Positions 1 through 13,078 of a stretch of DNA of 64,000 bases are shown here, one piece after another (within the stretch, counting starts at the first letter, position 1; the number at the start of each line of letters is the position of its first letter). The stretch is taken from contig OX597821.1 in assembly GCA_951406725.2 (NCBI GenBank), positions 93,248,001 through 93,312,000 of the forward strand, given 5' to 3'. The position numbers and the translations under genes were made by a program. The notes under the pieces are model-generated. The model had not been told where the DNA came from and did no database searches. It was given only the letters and a program-made list of their open reading frames with translations. Source of the DNA: Octopus vulgaris (taxonomy: Eukaryota).

Positions 1-218
1 ATATATTTATACATACATACATACACACATGGTTATTTGCATACTTATATATATACATATGTATATATATATAAATACATATGTATATATATATTCATAT
101 ATATATATGTATATACATATATATATTTAAATATATATATAAATATATATAATATATATATATATATATATACATATAAATATATACATATATATATACA
201 TATATATATAAATATATG

Positions 219-290
<72 letters not shown>

Positions 291-291
291 A

Positions 292-346
<55 letters not shown>

Positions 347-1064
347 CATACATATATGTGTGTGTGTGTATAATGCTTTTCTGTTTTAAGCAAAATGTAA
401 ATGTGAGGAAAAGTGACAAAAATGTAAGCAACGTAAAGAAAAAAGAAAATGAAGGCAAATAAAATAACAAATCTACACACCTCATGCATTTAGATATCTA
501 TACACATATATACATACAAAACTATGTATGTGCATGTGTATGCATGTGTGTGTGTGTGTGTGTGTGTAAATGTATGTATCTTCCTATGCATCAATGTATG
601 TATCTATGTGTATAAGCACACACAAGTTTTCAACATGTACACATCAGTAAATGTAAGTGAAATATATGCAAACTGTTTTTCATACATATATGACGTATAA
701 TATATTTATACATAAACATAGACACCGGCATGCTCTCTCACACACACACACACGTGCACACACACACATACACATAATATATATACATATATACACATAA
801 CCAGATGAAACAATATATCTCTATATCCAATGTTGAAACAAAAATGATAGTTTTCTTTATTTTATTTTATACAATAATGTATATATGTGTGGATATATAA
901 GTGTGTGCGTGTGTGCGTGTTTGTGTGTGCTTACATAAGTTGATATATGTTTGTATAAGAGTTTGTGAATGTGATTGTGTGTGCACGTATGTTGAGGGTG
1001 TAGACATGTGCATATCTGTGCATGTGTGTGTGTACATGCACAGATATATATGTATATATATATT

Positions 1065-1123
<59 letters not shown>

Positions 1124-1417
1124 ATATATATATAAAGATATATGCTATATATTACATTTTATACTTATTTGTTTAGTTGTTTTTGTTAAGCAATACAAGA
1201 AATTGATAAAAAAAATTGTTTGCTTTTTTTTAAGAAAAATATCCATAAAAAAAATAGGAAAAATTATATGTAACTAAAACAAATCACACTTACATACATA
1301 CATACATACATATATACACATGCACACCTACATACACACATGCATATATATCCATGCAATCACACACACATGCACACATACATACCTGTATATGTATGTA
1401 TGTATATATATATATAT

Positions 1418-1448
<31 letters not shown>

Positions 1449-1643
1449 AATCTTCATACATAAATATGTATTCATATATACACATATACATATTATATAT
1501 ATATACATATATATATACACACATATATATATATATATATATACATGTATATGTACACACGCATATACATAATATATATGTATATGTATGTGTGTATATA
1601 TATACACAAACACACATATGTATACACGCATATATTTCTAGGT

Positions 1644-1686
<43 letters not shown>

Positions 1687-1846
1687 CATGTACGCATTCA
1701 TATGTCTGTGTTTTTGTTTTGTATATATACATGTGCATATGTATATATTTAGCCATTAAATATTAAAAACTTTGCACAAGATTATCAATATTGACTTTAC
1801 ATTTGGTTATACACAAATATATATAAGGAATATATGAAGATACATA

Positions 1847-1877
<31 letters not shown>

Positions 1878-2033
1878 TTAAATATGTGAGCGTGTGCGTG
1901 TCTTTATGCAAATACATATGTAGTTGTGTATATTTGTAACTCATTTTCTGGATAGATGGATTGGTTGTATTCCAAAATGTAGTTCTCCCTGTATAACTAT
2001 ATAATTGTTTGTGTATGCATGACTGATACTTTA

Positions 2034-2081
<48 letters not shown>

Positions 2082-2082
2082 A

Positions 2083-2120
<38 letters not shown>
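1..2120. repeat. Compound (TA)n/(CA)n/(TG)n/(GA)n microsatellite-rich tract
   Basis: Directly visible dinucleotide arrays; source of the YI/HT/CV-repeat pseudo-ORFs. Confidence 0.95.
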
Positions 2121-2122
<2 letters not shown>

Positions 2123-2257
2123 GCCTTTGTAATAAATAATATACGAGTTTGGGCTTGTGTGTGATAAATAAATAGGAATATTATGTGAAATCAGTTTGGC
2201 AATCAGCTCTGTGAAGAAAAATAAACAGGTAATAAAATGGTAAGACATACATGCAAT

Positions 2258-2340
<83 letters not shown>

Positions 2341-2834
2341 CGTGAAGAAATAGGCAAGTCAGAACAGAAATTATTTTGGAATGTATTGTGTAGCTTGTTG
2401 TAGCTTATATGAATCATTATTCAGCTTACACTGCATCCGTTCAGTTTTTGTTTTAAAAATACTGATATGTATATGAAAGTAATTTCTGGTTTTTCTTTTG
2501 TTTTTCATTTTTTTTTTTTTTGTTTGTTTTTTTTTGTTGTAACTTTTTTTTAATACAGAGAGATGTTGTCTTGCTTATATTTCATTACAAGTGCAAATTC
2601 AGCATTCCAAGGTAACCATGCTTTTACCTGAGTGACTCGGTACCGTTCCCTTTCTCTTTAACTAAGAATGGATGATAAGCTTCACCAAATTACTGGAATC
2701 ACTATCAAAGATATATATGTGTGTGTGGTTAGAGTAAATCCCAGCTGTTTTCTCTTGAAGCACATTCCATTATTACAATCCAATACGTAGTTTCAGTTCT
2801 TGTTGTAAGTCAGAATACATATCAAACTGAGAAT

Positions 2835-3340
2835 TTACTCTTTTACTTGTTTCAGTCATTTGACTGTGGCCAGGCTGGAGCACCGCCTTTAGTCGAGCAA
2901 ATCGACCCCGTGACTTATTCTTTGTAAGCCTAGTACTTATTCTATCGGTCTCTGTTTGCCTAACCGATAAGTTACGGGGATGTAAACAAACCAGCATCGG
3001 TTGTCAAGCAATACTGGGGGGACAAACACAGACACTCAAACATATACACACACATACACACATATATATATATATATATAGACTGGACCTGGTGCAGCCT
3101 TCTGGCTTCCCAGACCCCAGTTGAACCGTCCAACCCATGCTAGCATGGAAAGCGGAAGCTAAATGATGATGATGATGATGATGATATACATACATATATA
3201 CGACAAACTTCTTTCAGTTTCCGTCTACCAAATCTACTCACATGGCTTTGGTTGGCCTGAGGCTATAGTAGAAGACACTTGCCCAAGGTGTCATGCAGTC
3301 GGACTGAACCCAGATGCATGTAGTTGGTAAGCAAGCTACT
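2835..3340 (-). mobile_element. tRNA-derived SINE family A (CORE-like CTTGGGCAAG box, internal microsatellite), interrupted at ~3081-3184 by a family D tail fragment
   Basis: Reverse complement of the consensus seen in many copies here: head GGCGCAGGAGTGGCTGTGTGG, B-box GGTTCAGTCCC, tail CCAGCATGGCCGCAGTCAAATGACTGAAACAAG(TAAAAGAG)n. Confidence 0.85.
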
Positions 3341-3442
3341 AATTATGGAATTATTATTAGCAGAGTTATTGTACAACACGAAGAAGAGATTGAAATTGTT
3401 CAGTTTATTTATTCACCATTACACACATTTCACCTGCTAATA

Positions 3443-3482
<40 letters not shown>

Positions 3483-3715
3483 GTGTATGTGTCAAAAGTA
3501 CATGTATCTGATTTTTGTCTTTGCTTCTATATATGTGTGTATGCATGTGTGTGTGTGTATGTGCGTTCATGTAGGTATGTGTGTTTGTAACTACATACAT
3601 ACACGTATATGTATGTGTGTGTATGTATGTATTTGCATATGTGTGTGCGCATTGGTTTTATATTCATATGCGTGCTTGTGTATATGTGTGTATGTACTAG
3701 TATATCTGTGCACGT

Positions 3716-3750
<35 letters not shown>

Positions 3751-4000
3751 TGTGTACCTCTCTTTTCTGTCTTTACCGGGCTGTCTGTCATGCTCCTGAT
3801 TACTGTCTAACTATAAATTGTTTATTTAAATGTAAAATTTATTTTACATAATTATTCTCTATGAGGAATTTCTAGTCTGGAAATTCCTTATATGTCTGTC
3901 TAATATGTAAAACTTGGTAATTCCTATTAGCAAATGAAACATGTTTAATGGTGTATAAATATAACCAAAATATTTCCTATCGCTTGTTGTCTTATATATG

Positions 4001-4331
<331 letters not shown>

Positions 4332-4375
4332 TATATATATATATATTCATATTCTTCTACTTAAAAGTGTGAGAT

Positions 4376-4492
4376 ATCTATGGCACCTAGGTTTCCCAAG
4401 CAGTCACCCATTGAAGCACTCCCTATGCTCAACGTTGCTTAACTTTGGTTATCAGACAAAAACCAGAGCATTCAATGTGATATGGCCATATA
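4376..4492 (-). pseudogene. Degenerate 5S rRNA-derived copy
   Basis: Reverse complement reads TATGGCCATATCACATTGAATGCTCTGGTTTTTGTCTGATAACCAAAGTTAAGCAACGTTGAGC...ATGGGTGACTGCTTGGGAAACCTAGGTGCCATAG, a 5S sequence with many CpG-type transitions. Confidence 0.85.
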
Positions 4493-4514
4493 TGTACACA
4501 CACACACTTATATA

Positions 4515-4690
4515 ACTATATATATATTTATATATGATGGGCTTCCTTTCAGTTTCCATCTATCAAATTCACTCACCAGGCGTTGGCCTGCCCGGGGATA
4601 CATTAGAAGACACTTGCTCAGGGAATTTGAAACTGAACTCATACATAGGAAGCAAGCTTCTAAACAACACAACCACACAGCCACTCTTGC
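4515..4690 (-). mobile_element. SINE family A, 5' half, degenerate
   Basis: Similarity to the family A head region (...ACCACACAGCCACTC). Confidence 0.7.
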
Positions 4691-4701
4691 ACTCATATAT
4701 G

Positions 4702-4745
<44 letters not shown>

Positions 4746-5090
4746 CACACACGTTAAAGTCACTAGCCCTTATCCACACCCACATGCATACTTATACATT
4801 CTCACATATACACACACGCACACCTTCATTTTGAGATCACCAATACTTTATTATGTGCCCTTCTTTCAAGCTCTCCAGTCAAACTTTTTTTGCAACCAGT
4901 TGCCGTGCTTGACCGCGAAATCCACAATTTTTTGTTTTACTCTCTCTTTGTTTATTTTCTCTTATTCCTTTCTGTTGAAGAGTGTAGGCTGGAAATGTAA
5001 AAGACTTTCTCACATTGGCAGGTGTCAAACTAATTCACCATCTTGTTGTTCATACACCTATCTTCGTCTTTTATTTTCCTTTAAATTTCC

Positions 5091-5129
<39 letters not shown>

Positions 5130-5131
<2 letters not shown>

Positions 5132-5439
5132 TTTAATAAGGATAGAAATTGATATTAATCAATTAAAACCAGTGGCCTAGCATATTAAAAAAATCCGAAG
5201 ATTAAAATATTTTTACATACAAAATTTAAAGGACTGACCACTAAAAGTGGACGGTCAACATGCTAGATACAGACGTCAAATTTTCCACAAAGAATATGTT
5301 CCCAAATAAAATTTTTAATACTTTGGTTCGTGCTGGATTTTTATTTGAGAACATATTCTTTGTGGAAAATAGCGATTTGACATCTATATCTAGCATGTTG
5401 ACCGTCCACTTTTAGTGGTCAGTCCTTTAAATTTTGTAT
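5130..5439. repeat. (TA)n-embedded fold-back element with ~95-bp inverted arms (5217-5439)
   Basis: ATACAAAATTTAAAGGACTGACCACTAAAAGTGGACGGTCAACATGCTAGATA... and its reverse complement ending at 5439. Confidence 0.85.
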
Positions 5440-5450
5440 ATATATATATA

Positions 5451-5800
5451 TGGTTAAAATCTGCCCCGTTTATAACCATACCATATGTTAGATATTTGTT
5501 AAATCATACTTTGTTACTGTGTGGACTAAGAACCCCGTTGAAAGGCTGCTAGTATTTATAGAGTGTTAAACTCTTTTGGTATTCAAATTAGGAACACTTT
5601 CATAGAGTAACTGCTGCATTTATTGACTATATAAGCAGTTTGGCTGCTTATTTCTCTTGAGACTGTCTGAATGATGTAGACACCTTTGATGAGAACCCAA
5701 TAAGGTTCAACAATCAATTAATGTTGTTGTTGTTCATCATTTTCTCAGTTTGCAGAGAAATGGCTAAAATTCACCCTGTTTATAATTATACCATATGTTA
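5451..5800 (+). repeat. ~350-bp unit with 40-bp terminal direct repeats, flanked by (TA)n
   Basis: TGGTTAAAATCTGCCCCGTTTATAACCATACCATATGTTA (5451) versus TGGCTAAAATTCACCCTGTTTATAATTATACCATATGTTA (5761). Confidence 0.7.
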
Positions 5801-5819
5801 CATATATATAAGCATATAT

Positions 5820-6620
5820 ATCATCATCATCATCATCATCATCATCATTTAACGTCCGCTTTCCATGCTAGCATGGGTTGGACGGTTCAACTGGGGTCTG
5901 AGGAGCCCGAAAGCTGCACCAGTCCAGTCAGATCTGGCAGTGTTTCTACAGCTGGATGCCCTTCCTAACGCCAACTACTCCGAGAGTGTAGTGGGTGATT
6001 TTATGTGCCACCGACACAGGTGCCAGACGAGGCTGGCAAACGGCCACGCTCGGATGGTGTTTTTTATGTGCCACCTTCACAGGTGCCAGACGAGGCTGGC
6101 AGACGGCCACGCTCGGATGGTGTTTTTATGTGCCACCGACACAGGTGCCAGATGAGGCTGGCAAACGGCCACGATCGGATGGTGTTTGTTACGTGCCCAC
6201 AGCACGGAGGCCAGTCGATGCGGTACTGGCTACGGCCATGTTCGGATGGTTTTCTTGTGTGCCACGTGCCACCGGCACTGGTACCACAAAGATACAAATT
6301 CCATTGATGTTCATCTATTTTGATTTGTTTTGATTTTCACTTGCCTCAACAGGTCTTCACAAGTGTCACAAGAAGGAAGGTATGCACAGGTGGACTGACT
6401 ACGTCCCAGGTAGGGGCCACAGGTTATGGCCTGACTAGTCTTGCCGGGTCTTCGGATGGTGTTTTTATGTGCCACCGACACAGGTGCCAGATGAGGCTGG
6501 CGAACGGCCATGATCAGATGGTGTTTGTTACGTGCCCACAGCACGGAGGCCAGTCGGTGCAGTACTGGCTACGGCCACGTTCAGATGGTTTTCTTGTGTG
6601 CCACCGGCACTGGTACCACA
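5820..6620 (-). mobile_element. SINE-like family D ((TGA)n tail, GGATGCCCTTCCT domain) with an internal ~62-bp GC-rich tandem array
   Basis: The same organisation recurs at 44508-45075 and 56680-56965; unit approximately GTGCCACCGACACAGGTGCCAGACGAGGCTGGCAAACGGCCACGCTCGGATGGTGTTTTTAT. Orientation inferred from the (CAT)n tail. Confidence 0.75.
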
Positions 6621-6632
6621 TATATATATATA

Positions 6633-7015
6633 CTCTTTTATTCTTTTACTTGTTTCAGTCATTTGACTGCAGCCATGCTGGAGCACAGCCTTTAGTTGAG
6701 CAACTCAACCCCGGGACTTATTCTTTTTGTAAGCCCAGTACTTATTCTATCGGTTTCTTTTTGCTGAACCGCTAAGTGACAGGGACGTAAACACACCAGC
6801 ATCGGTTGTCAAGCAAACACAGACACACAGACACACAAACACACACACATACATATATACGACAGGCTTCTTTCAGTTTCCGTCTACCAAATCCACTCAC
6901 AAGGCATTGGTCAGCCCGGGGCTATAACAGAAGACACTTGCCCAAGATGTCACGCAGTGGGACTGAACCCAGAACCATGTGGTTGGTTAGCAAGCTACTT
7001 ACCACACAGCCACTC
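6633..7015 (-). mobile_element. SINE family A, near full length
   Basis: Matches the family A consensus end to end. Confidence 0.9.
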
Positions 7016-7105
7016 ATATATATATATATATAAATGAGTTTGGAGGGATATATTATCCAGGCGGGTACTGTATTAGCTCTCTGTCAAGTTCTAGTTCATG
7101 GTTAA

Positions 7106-7435
7106 AAAAAGGAGCTCTCCGTCGGTTACGACGACGAGGGTCCCAGCTGATACGATCAACGGAACAGCCTGCTCGTGAAATTAACGAGGAAAGGGGGTGA
7201 GCACTCCACAGACACGTGTACCCTTCACGTAGTTCCCAGGGAGATTCAGCGTGACACACAGTGTGACAAGGCTGGCCCTTTGAAATACAGGTACAACTCA
7301 TTTTTGCCAGCTGAGTGGACTGGAGCAACATGAAATAAAGTGTCTTGCTCAAGGACATACGCGTCGCTTGGAATCGAACTCACGACCTTACAATCGCGAG
7401 CCGAATGCCCTAACCACTAAGCCATGCACCTTCAA
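7106..7435 (-). mobile_element. tRNA-derived SINE family C with 13-bp TSD
   Basis: Head GGTGCATGGCTTAGTGGTTAGG...GAGTTCGATTCC; body CCTTGAGCAAGACAC; TSD AGTTCATGGTTAA at 7093-7105 and 7436-7448. Confidence 0.9.
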
Positions 7436-7577
7436 AGTTCATGGTTAACTATCACGATCAGTATCTGACATCTGCGACTACAATTAGTTGGAAGCTGCTC
7501 TGTGAATTCTTCCAATGGATAATTCTGTGCACTCTTCACTGGACAGTAAAAATTGTCAGAAGTATATATTATTATTA

Positions 7578-7653
<76 letters not shown>

Positions 7654-7654
7654 T

Positions 7655-7714
<60 letters not shown>

Positions 7715-8137
7715 ATCATTTATTCGTTTGTTCATTTTATATCAGTTTCCCTGCTCTGGCAAGAATTGGAAGAATAGTTACTGAGGCATTATTGCTTTAT
7801 GTTCAGATGCTATTCTGGCTGCTAAATTCTTACAACTGGTTTAGAAGCATGGGACTTTTTTTTATTCCAATCATCTTCTAAATCAAAGAACTATTAATAG
7901 ATTTCTTGGCAGGGAAGTTCGATAACTGTCACTATACTTTGGTCAATGTTTCCGTATGAGGATGTTTCATGTCACCATTCACACAGAGATATACAAATAC
8001 ACATGCTCACATATATATGTATATAGTTGAAATTTATAGAAAAACAAAAGACAAAGACAGGTGTATGAACAACAAGCGAGTTTATTAGTTTGACATTCGG
8101 GAAAAAGGAAAAAGTATTTTATGTTTCCAGCCTACAC

Positions 8138-8640
8138 TGAGCACTCCACAGACACATGTACCCTTAACGTAGGTCTCTGGGTGATTTAATGTGACACAGA
8201 ATGTGACATGGCTGACCCTTTGAAATACAGGTACTAATAGTTTTTACTATTACAGGTACTAATAAGGCGGCGAGCTGGCAGAAACGTTAGCACGCCGGGC
8301 AAAATGCTTAGCAGTATTTCGTCTGTGTTACGTTGTGAGTTCAAATTCCGCTGAGGTCGACTTTGCCTTTCATCCTTTCGGGCTCGATAAATTAAGTACC
8401 AGTTACGCACTGGGGTCGATGTAATCGACTTAATACCTATGTCTGTCCTTGTTTGTTCCCTCTGTGTTTAGCCCCTTGTGGGTAATAAAGAAATAGGTAC
8501 TAATAGTTTTTGCCTGCCGTGTGGACTGGAACAATGTGAAATAAAGTATCTTGCTCAAGGACACAACATATCACTGGTATCGAACTCAAGATCTTGATAT
8601 CATGAGCCAAATACCCTAACCACTTAGCCACACACCTTCT
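8138..8640 (-). mobile_element. SINE family C (degenerate) with a nested family B SINE
   Basis: Family C sequence on both sides of the family B insertion. Confidence 0.75.
8264..8495 (+). mobile_element. tRNA-derived SINE family B (Meta-domain-like)
   Basis: Head GGCGGCGAGCTGGCAGAA, B-box GAGTTCAAATTCC, domain GCCTTTCATCCTTTCGGG.TCGATAAATTAAGTACCAG resembling the MetaSINE core, tail CCCTTGTGGGTAATAAAGAAAT; AGGTACTAATA duplicated on both sides. Confidence 0.9.
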
Positions 8641-9184
8641 ACTTCAACATTACTGAAATGATGACCACCACATTTTAGAAACAACCCCCTGCTGTACAGC
8701 TCCTTTATGCACTTGAAATGATACCACTTATTCCCCTATTATATCACATTGTATCTCTACTATTGTCCCTCGACACCACCTCTTCCCTGACCCCCTCCTA
8801 TTCCTTTCACTTCCCTCATCCAAACTAATATTCACTGCATCCAATTCAACCCTCATCTTTAATTCTCTGTTCTATTCTCTTTCTCATGTTCACCTTGTAC
8901 TTTGACCTCACATCTCTCTCCCTCTTTTTCGAAATGCAGAACACACAAGACACCTACCTCTGTCTCTTTATCATACTTTCATATCACTCAATACTATATG
9001 CTGCCCAACTGAGGTGGGGAGGCTTGTTTGGAGAGTATTTGGTGACCTCACTAGTGCTAGTGCCACACGAAAAACACCCTGTGACTGCTGTGAAGTTAGT
9101 GACATTAGGACGGGCAACTAACAATGCTGGAGTTGGTACTGGAGCTTGGCATGGCTCTCTGGTGCAGTAGTTCACAAGCATACA

Positions 9185-9808
9185 TACAAGTGGGTGCTGA
9201 AAAGTTCCTGGCTTTAAGCTATCAAGAGGGAGGAAGGAAGCACTCCGTCGGTTACGACGATGAGGGTTCTGGTTGATCCGATCAACGGAACAGCCTGCTC
9301 GTGAAATTAATGTGTAAGTGGCTGAGCACTCCACAGACACGTGTACCCTTACCATAGTTCTCGGGGATATTCAGCGTGACACAGAGAGTGACAAAGCCGG
9401 CCCTTTGAAATACAGGTACAACAGAAACAGGAAGTAAGAGTGAGAGAAAGTTGTGGCAAAAGAATACAGCAGGGATCACCACCATCCCCTGCCGGAGCCT
9501 CATGGAGCTTTAGGTGTTTTCGCTCAATAAACACTCACAACGCCCGGTCTGGGAATCGAAACCGCGATCCTACGACCGCGAGTCCGCTGCCCTAACCACT
9601 GGGTCATTGTGCCTCCACTAAGCTATCAAGAAAGGCCTGGTTGGATGCCCAACTTTACAAATTCTTTTACAGGGCTTAGAAAAACTAAAGGACCGCAGCA
9701 ATAAGTGTGTGAATCTGAGAGGAGAATATGTTGAATAAAACCATCATTAACTGATCCTCCTGTATTTTCTTTTACTCAAAGCCAAGAAATTTTCAGTACT
9801 CTCACATA
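9185..9808 (+). mobile_element. Non-autonomous mariner derivative (TIRs plus transposase C-terminus), interrupted by a SINE
   Basis: TIRs GGGTGCTGAAAAGTTCCTGGCTTT / AAAGCCAAGAAATTTTCAGTACTC; internal ...GLEKLKDRSNKCVNLRGEYVE* is the typical mariner C-terminus. Confidence 0.8.
9228..9618 (-). mobile_element. SINE family C with 13-bp TSD
   Basis: TSD TAAGCTATCAAGA at 9215-9227 and 9619-9631; tRNA-like head at the right end. Confidence 0.9.
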
Positions 9809-10196
9809 TGTGTGCGTTCATAATTACATGCATGTATATCAGTTAGGTGAACTAGGACCTATCTTATCATTAAATAGGTATTTCACATGAAGTTTGTTTG
9901 ATCTGATATTTCTCTGAGTTTTCTGATACATTTTCATATTAATAATGCAGATTAATATCAGAGCTCTTAATATCTTAACTTAATGTTAACTATTTATTGA
10001 ACACTTTCCTATAATATACCTTAGATTAGATCAGTTTCAATGCGTTATATTCAACACGTATATATTCAAATTATATTCATGTACATGTATGCATGCACGG
10101 ACATACACGCAAATAACATACATGTGTATATATTTACATGCATACATTTACACATCCCACACATGAATATTTAACATGATGATGATGATGATGATG

Positions 10197-10228
<32 letters not shown>

Positions 10229-10279
10229 ATGTATGTATAAAAAACATATGTGTGTGTGTGTGTATGTGTGTGTGTGTGT

Positions 10280-10830
10280 GAAGGCGCATGGCTCAGTGTT
10301 TAGAGCGTCGAGCTTATGATTGTGAGGTTGTGAGTTCGAATCCCAGACCGGGCTGTGTGCTGTGTTCTTGAGCAAGACACTTTATTTCACGTTGCTCCAG
10401 TTCACTCAGCTCTAGAAATGGGTTGCGACATCACAGGTGCCAAGCTGTATCGGCCTTTGCTTTCCTTTGGATAACACTGGTGGCATGGAGAACCACACGG
10501 TTCCAGGTTCAGTCCAACTGTGTGACATCTTGGGCAAGTGTCTTCTATAATAGCCTTTGGTAGATCATAGCCTTGTGAGTGAATTTGTTAGATGGAAACT
10601 AAAGGAAGCCCATTATATGTGTGTGTGTTTGTATGCTCCCCTCTACCACTTGATAGACATCCAGCATTGATGTATTTAAGTCTCTGCAAATAAGCAATTC
10701 CGCAAAAGAGAGTGTTTAATATAAAAGAGAACAAGTACTGAAGTGGATTCATTCAACTAAAACTTATTCAAGGTGGTGCCCCAGCATGGTCACAATCTAA
10801 TGACTGAAACAAGTAAAAGATAACAGATAA
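10280..10830 (+). mobile_element. SINE family C head and body (10280-10490) fused to a degenerate family A copy (10490-10830)
   Basis: GGCGCATGGCTCAGTG...GAGTTCGAATCCC...CTTGAGCAAGACAC followed by family A sequence. Confidence 0.75.
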
Positions 10831-10872
10831 AAGATATGAATGAATACATACATATATAAAAAATTTTTTTTT

Positions 10873-10926
<54 letters not shown>

Positions 10927-10939
10927 TATATTCATATAT

Positions 10940-11158
10940 ATCGTGAAGTATATTTGCCACTTAAATGTGGCTAACCCTTAAGGATGGATGCTACTGTAGC
11001 TTGTAGCCCCAGGAGGACACCTCCTTTAGCTGGCTATTGCCACACTTTCTGTGCCCTATCAGTATTTGCAAAGGAAAGCCATCCTTTCCATTTTCAACCT
11101 GACATGATACACACAGACTCAAGTTTCTGGGTATTGACCCGCCATCAGCGTGTGACAA
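10940..11158. repeat. Dispersed repeat, copy 1 (copy 2 at 13276-13504 is partly inverted)
   Basis: ATCGTGAAGTATATTTGCCA.TTAAATGTGGCTAACCCTTAAGG... is shared by both loci. Confidence 0.85.
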
Positions 11159-11476
11159 TCACCGGTTATCTCTTTATTATAGGCACAAGGCCTGATATCT
11201 AGAAGGGACATACAACGGACATGTGGGGACATAAAGACAGATGAAAAATGATAAATGAAATGAACATAAATATGATGCAAATGAGACGGCCACCTCAACC
11301 CCACTGCGAAATGAACCGTGAATACCTTTACAATAAACTTTACAATTAGACTTTATGATTAAACATACAATTAAACTTTACAATTAACTTAAGAATTAGA
11401 CTTTACAATTAACTTTAAAACTACCTCTAGTTTCGCTACAATGTGAAACTGTGACCTTTCCTTTCATTTTTCCCTT

Positions 11477-11702
11477 TAACCCTTTAGTATTTAAACCGGC
11501 TATATCCAGCCAAAATAGCTAATCTGTTTTATGTTCAAACTGACCAGATCTGGGCTCTCACACCTACCCTACAATGTTATTCTACATTAGGTAATTACAC
11601 CATCAAGATCTTGAAGATATGAGATAATGCATGATTAATTCAAATAAATGGGAATCAATAAGCATTATGTTTGATAGAATAATCTGAACAATAAAGGGTT
11701 AA
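11477..11702. mobile_element. piggyBac-type MITE with TTAA target sites
   Basis: TTAA-CCCTTTA ... TAAAGGG-TTAA termini, the established piggyBac signature. Confidence 0.8.
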
Positions 11703-11893
11703 TTTAACCATTCATATGTGTCCTTTTACAACAGAAAATTAAACTTTCTTTTTTTACAACTTTTAATTACTTGTCCATTCATCAGTTCTTTTCCAATTAT
11801 TTTCTTTTTGTTTAACATAATTTACAATGTCCACGTTCTTTTTTTTTTCCAATTGTAATTTTTCCACACTTCATCATACTTACCTTTTTCATC

Positions 11894-13078
11894 CTATCTC
11901 GTTAGGTTTTTCTCCACATTTCTGTTTTCTTTGATATTTCCTTCGTCTTCCATTTCTTTGCTGTTCCACTGTAATTCGATTGGCTGTATTTTTTCATATT
12001 TTTGCTTGTCTGCATCTCCATCCGACTGCAATTCTTCACCTTTCTTCAGTATACCTTTGTCATACAACTCCCGGCTCTTTTGCTCAATTTCCTCATCACT
12101 TTGTACTTCCACCTCTCCTTTTGATATCTCTGTTATTGGTTCTTCTACATTTTCTGTTTCTTGTTGCATTTCTTCTTCCATACCTTTGCACCATTTTATT
12201 TCTGCTGTTGTCGGTGACTTCTTTCTTTCACACTTTCTGTTTTTTCTCTCTTCTAGTCTTTCTTTTTCTGCCAGTTTTTCTTTATCTGCCAGTTCTCTTT
12301 TCCTTTGTTCTTTCATTATTTCTTCTGGTATTTCTCTTGCTATCTCCTCAACTGATTTAGAATTTTTTATTTTGTGCCCTCTTAGGCCGCACCTGTAACA
12401 CCTGGGTAGTCTTCCCATAAGTATTATATACAGCCTCTCTCCCATCGACATCTCTATCGCTTCGGGCACTTCCTTGTAATATTCTGGGGTTAGAGCTCCA
12501 ATTATTTCAATGCCGTAACCCCAGAAATTCCAGCAATCGGTTCTGCTTACCAACTGAATCTCCAATTCTGGGCTTCCTTTTTGCAGCTTAGAGCCAAAAA
12601 TGGAGGTACTCTTCCAACTCTAATTTTTATCAATGTCTTCCCTGGGGTGCTAGGTAATAGCAACCATTTCTTCCCTTCTATCACCTGTTTACAAGTTGTC
12701 ACTGCATCTTCATTTTTTTAATATGGCTGCCACTGTCCCATATCCCTTTCCTCTATTGAGGAAGATTATTTCCTCTTCAATGCTGCTCATAATTAATTTT
12801 TCTACATCCTCCTCTGGAGCTCTCTCCATTCTTCTATTTTCGTTCGAAAAAGTTCGAAAAATTACAGTTTTCTTCTCAATTTTCTTCATCTCTTCTCCAG
12901 GAATGACTAGTCTTACTTTTGTCACTTCAACTTCCACCATACTGCTGTACATTTTCAATTTCTTTATATCCCATTCCATTTGTTCCTACTTCAGTCTGTG
13001 TGTATTCTTGATCTCCCACGTCTGCGCAGCCTCTGCATACGTCTTCATTTCATCTATTTTCTTCAATCCGTCCAACAT
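11894..13078 (-). pseudogene. Retrotransposon ORF1 (gag-like, zinc knuckle) pseudogene
   Basis: In-frame stop near 12987, frameshifts between ORF pieces, CCHC-like knuckle lacking its last Cys. Confidence 0.65.

Noticed and set aside
37-2417. Numerous [12 protein letters not shown] ORFs here and throughout the window
   Set aside because: Translations of dinucleotide and tetranucleotide microsatellites that lack stop codons; no domain content.
6003-6612. CRISPR-like regularly spaced palindromic repeats (also 44690-45060)
   Set aside because: Units are contiguous with no unique spacers and there are no cas genes; they lie inside a dispersed eukaryotic repeat.
10280-10350. tRNA gene candidates at SINE heads
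   Set aside because: A/B boxes are present but run directly into SINE bodies, with no convincing acceptor stem or terminator.
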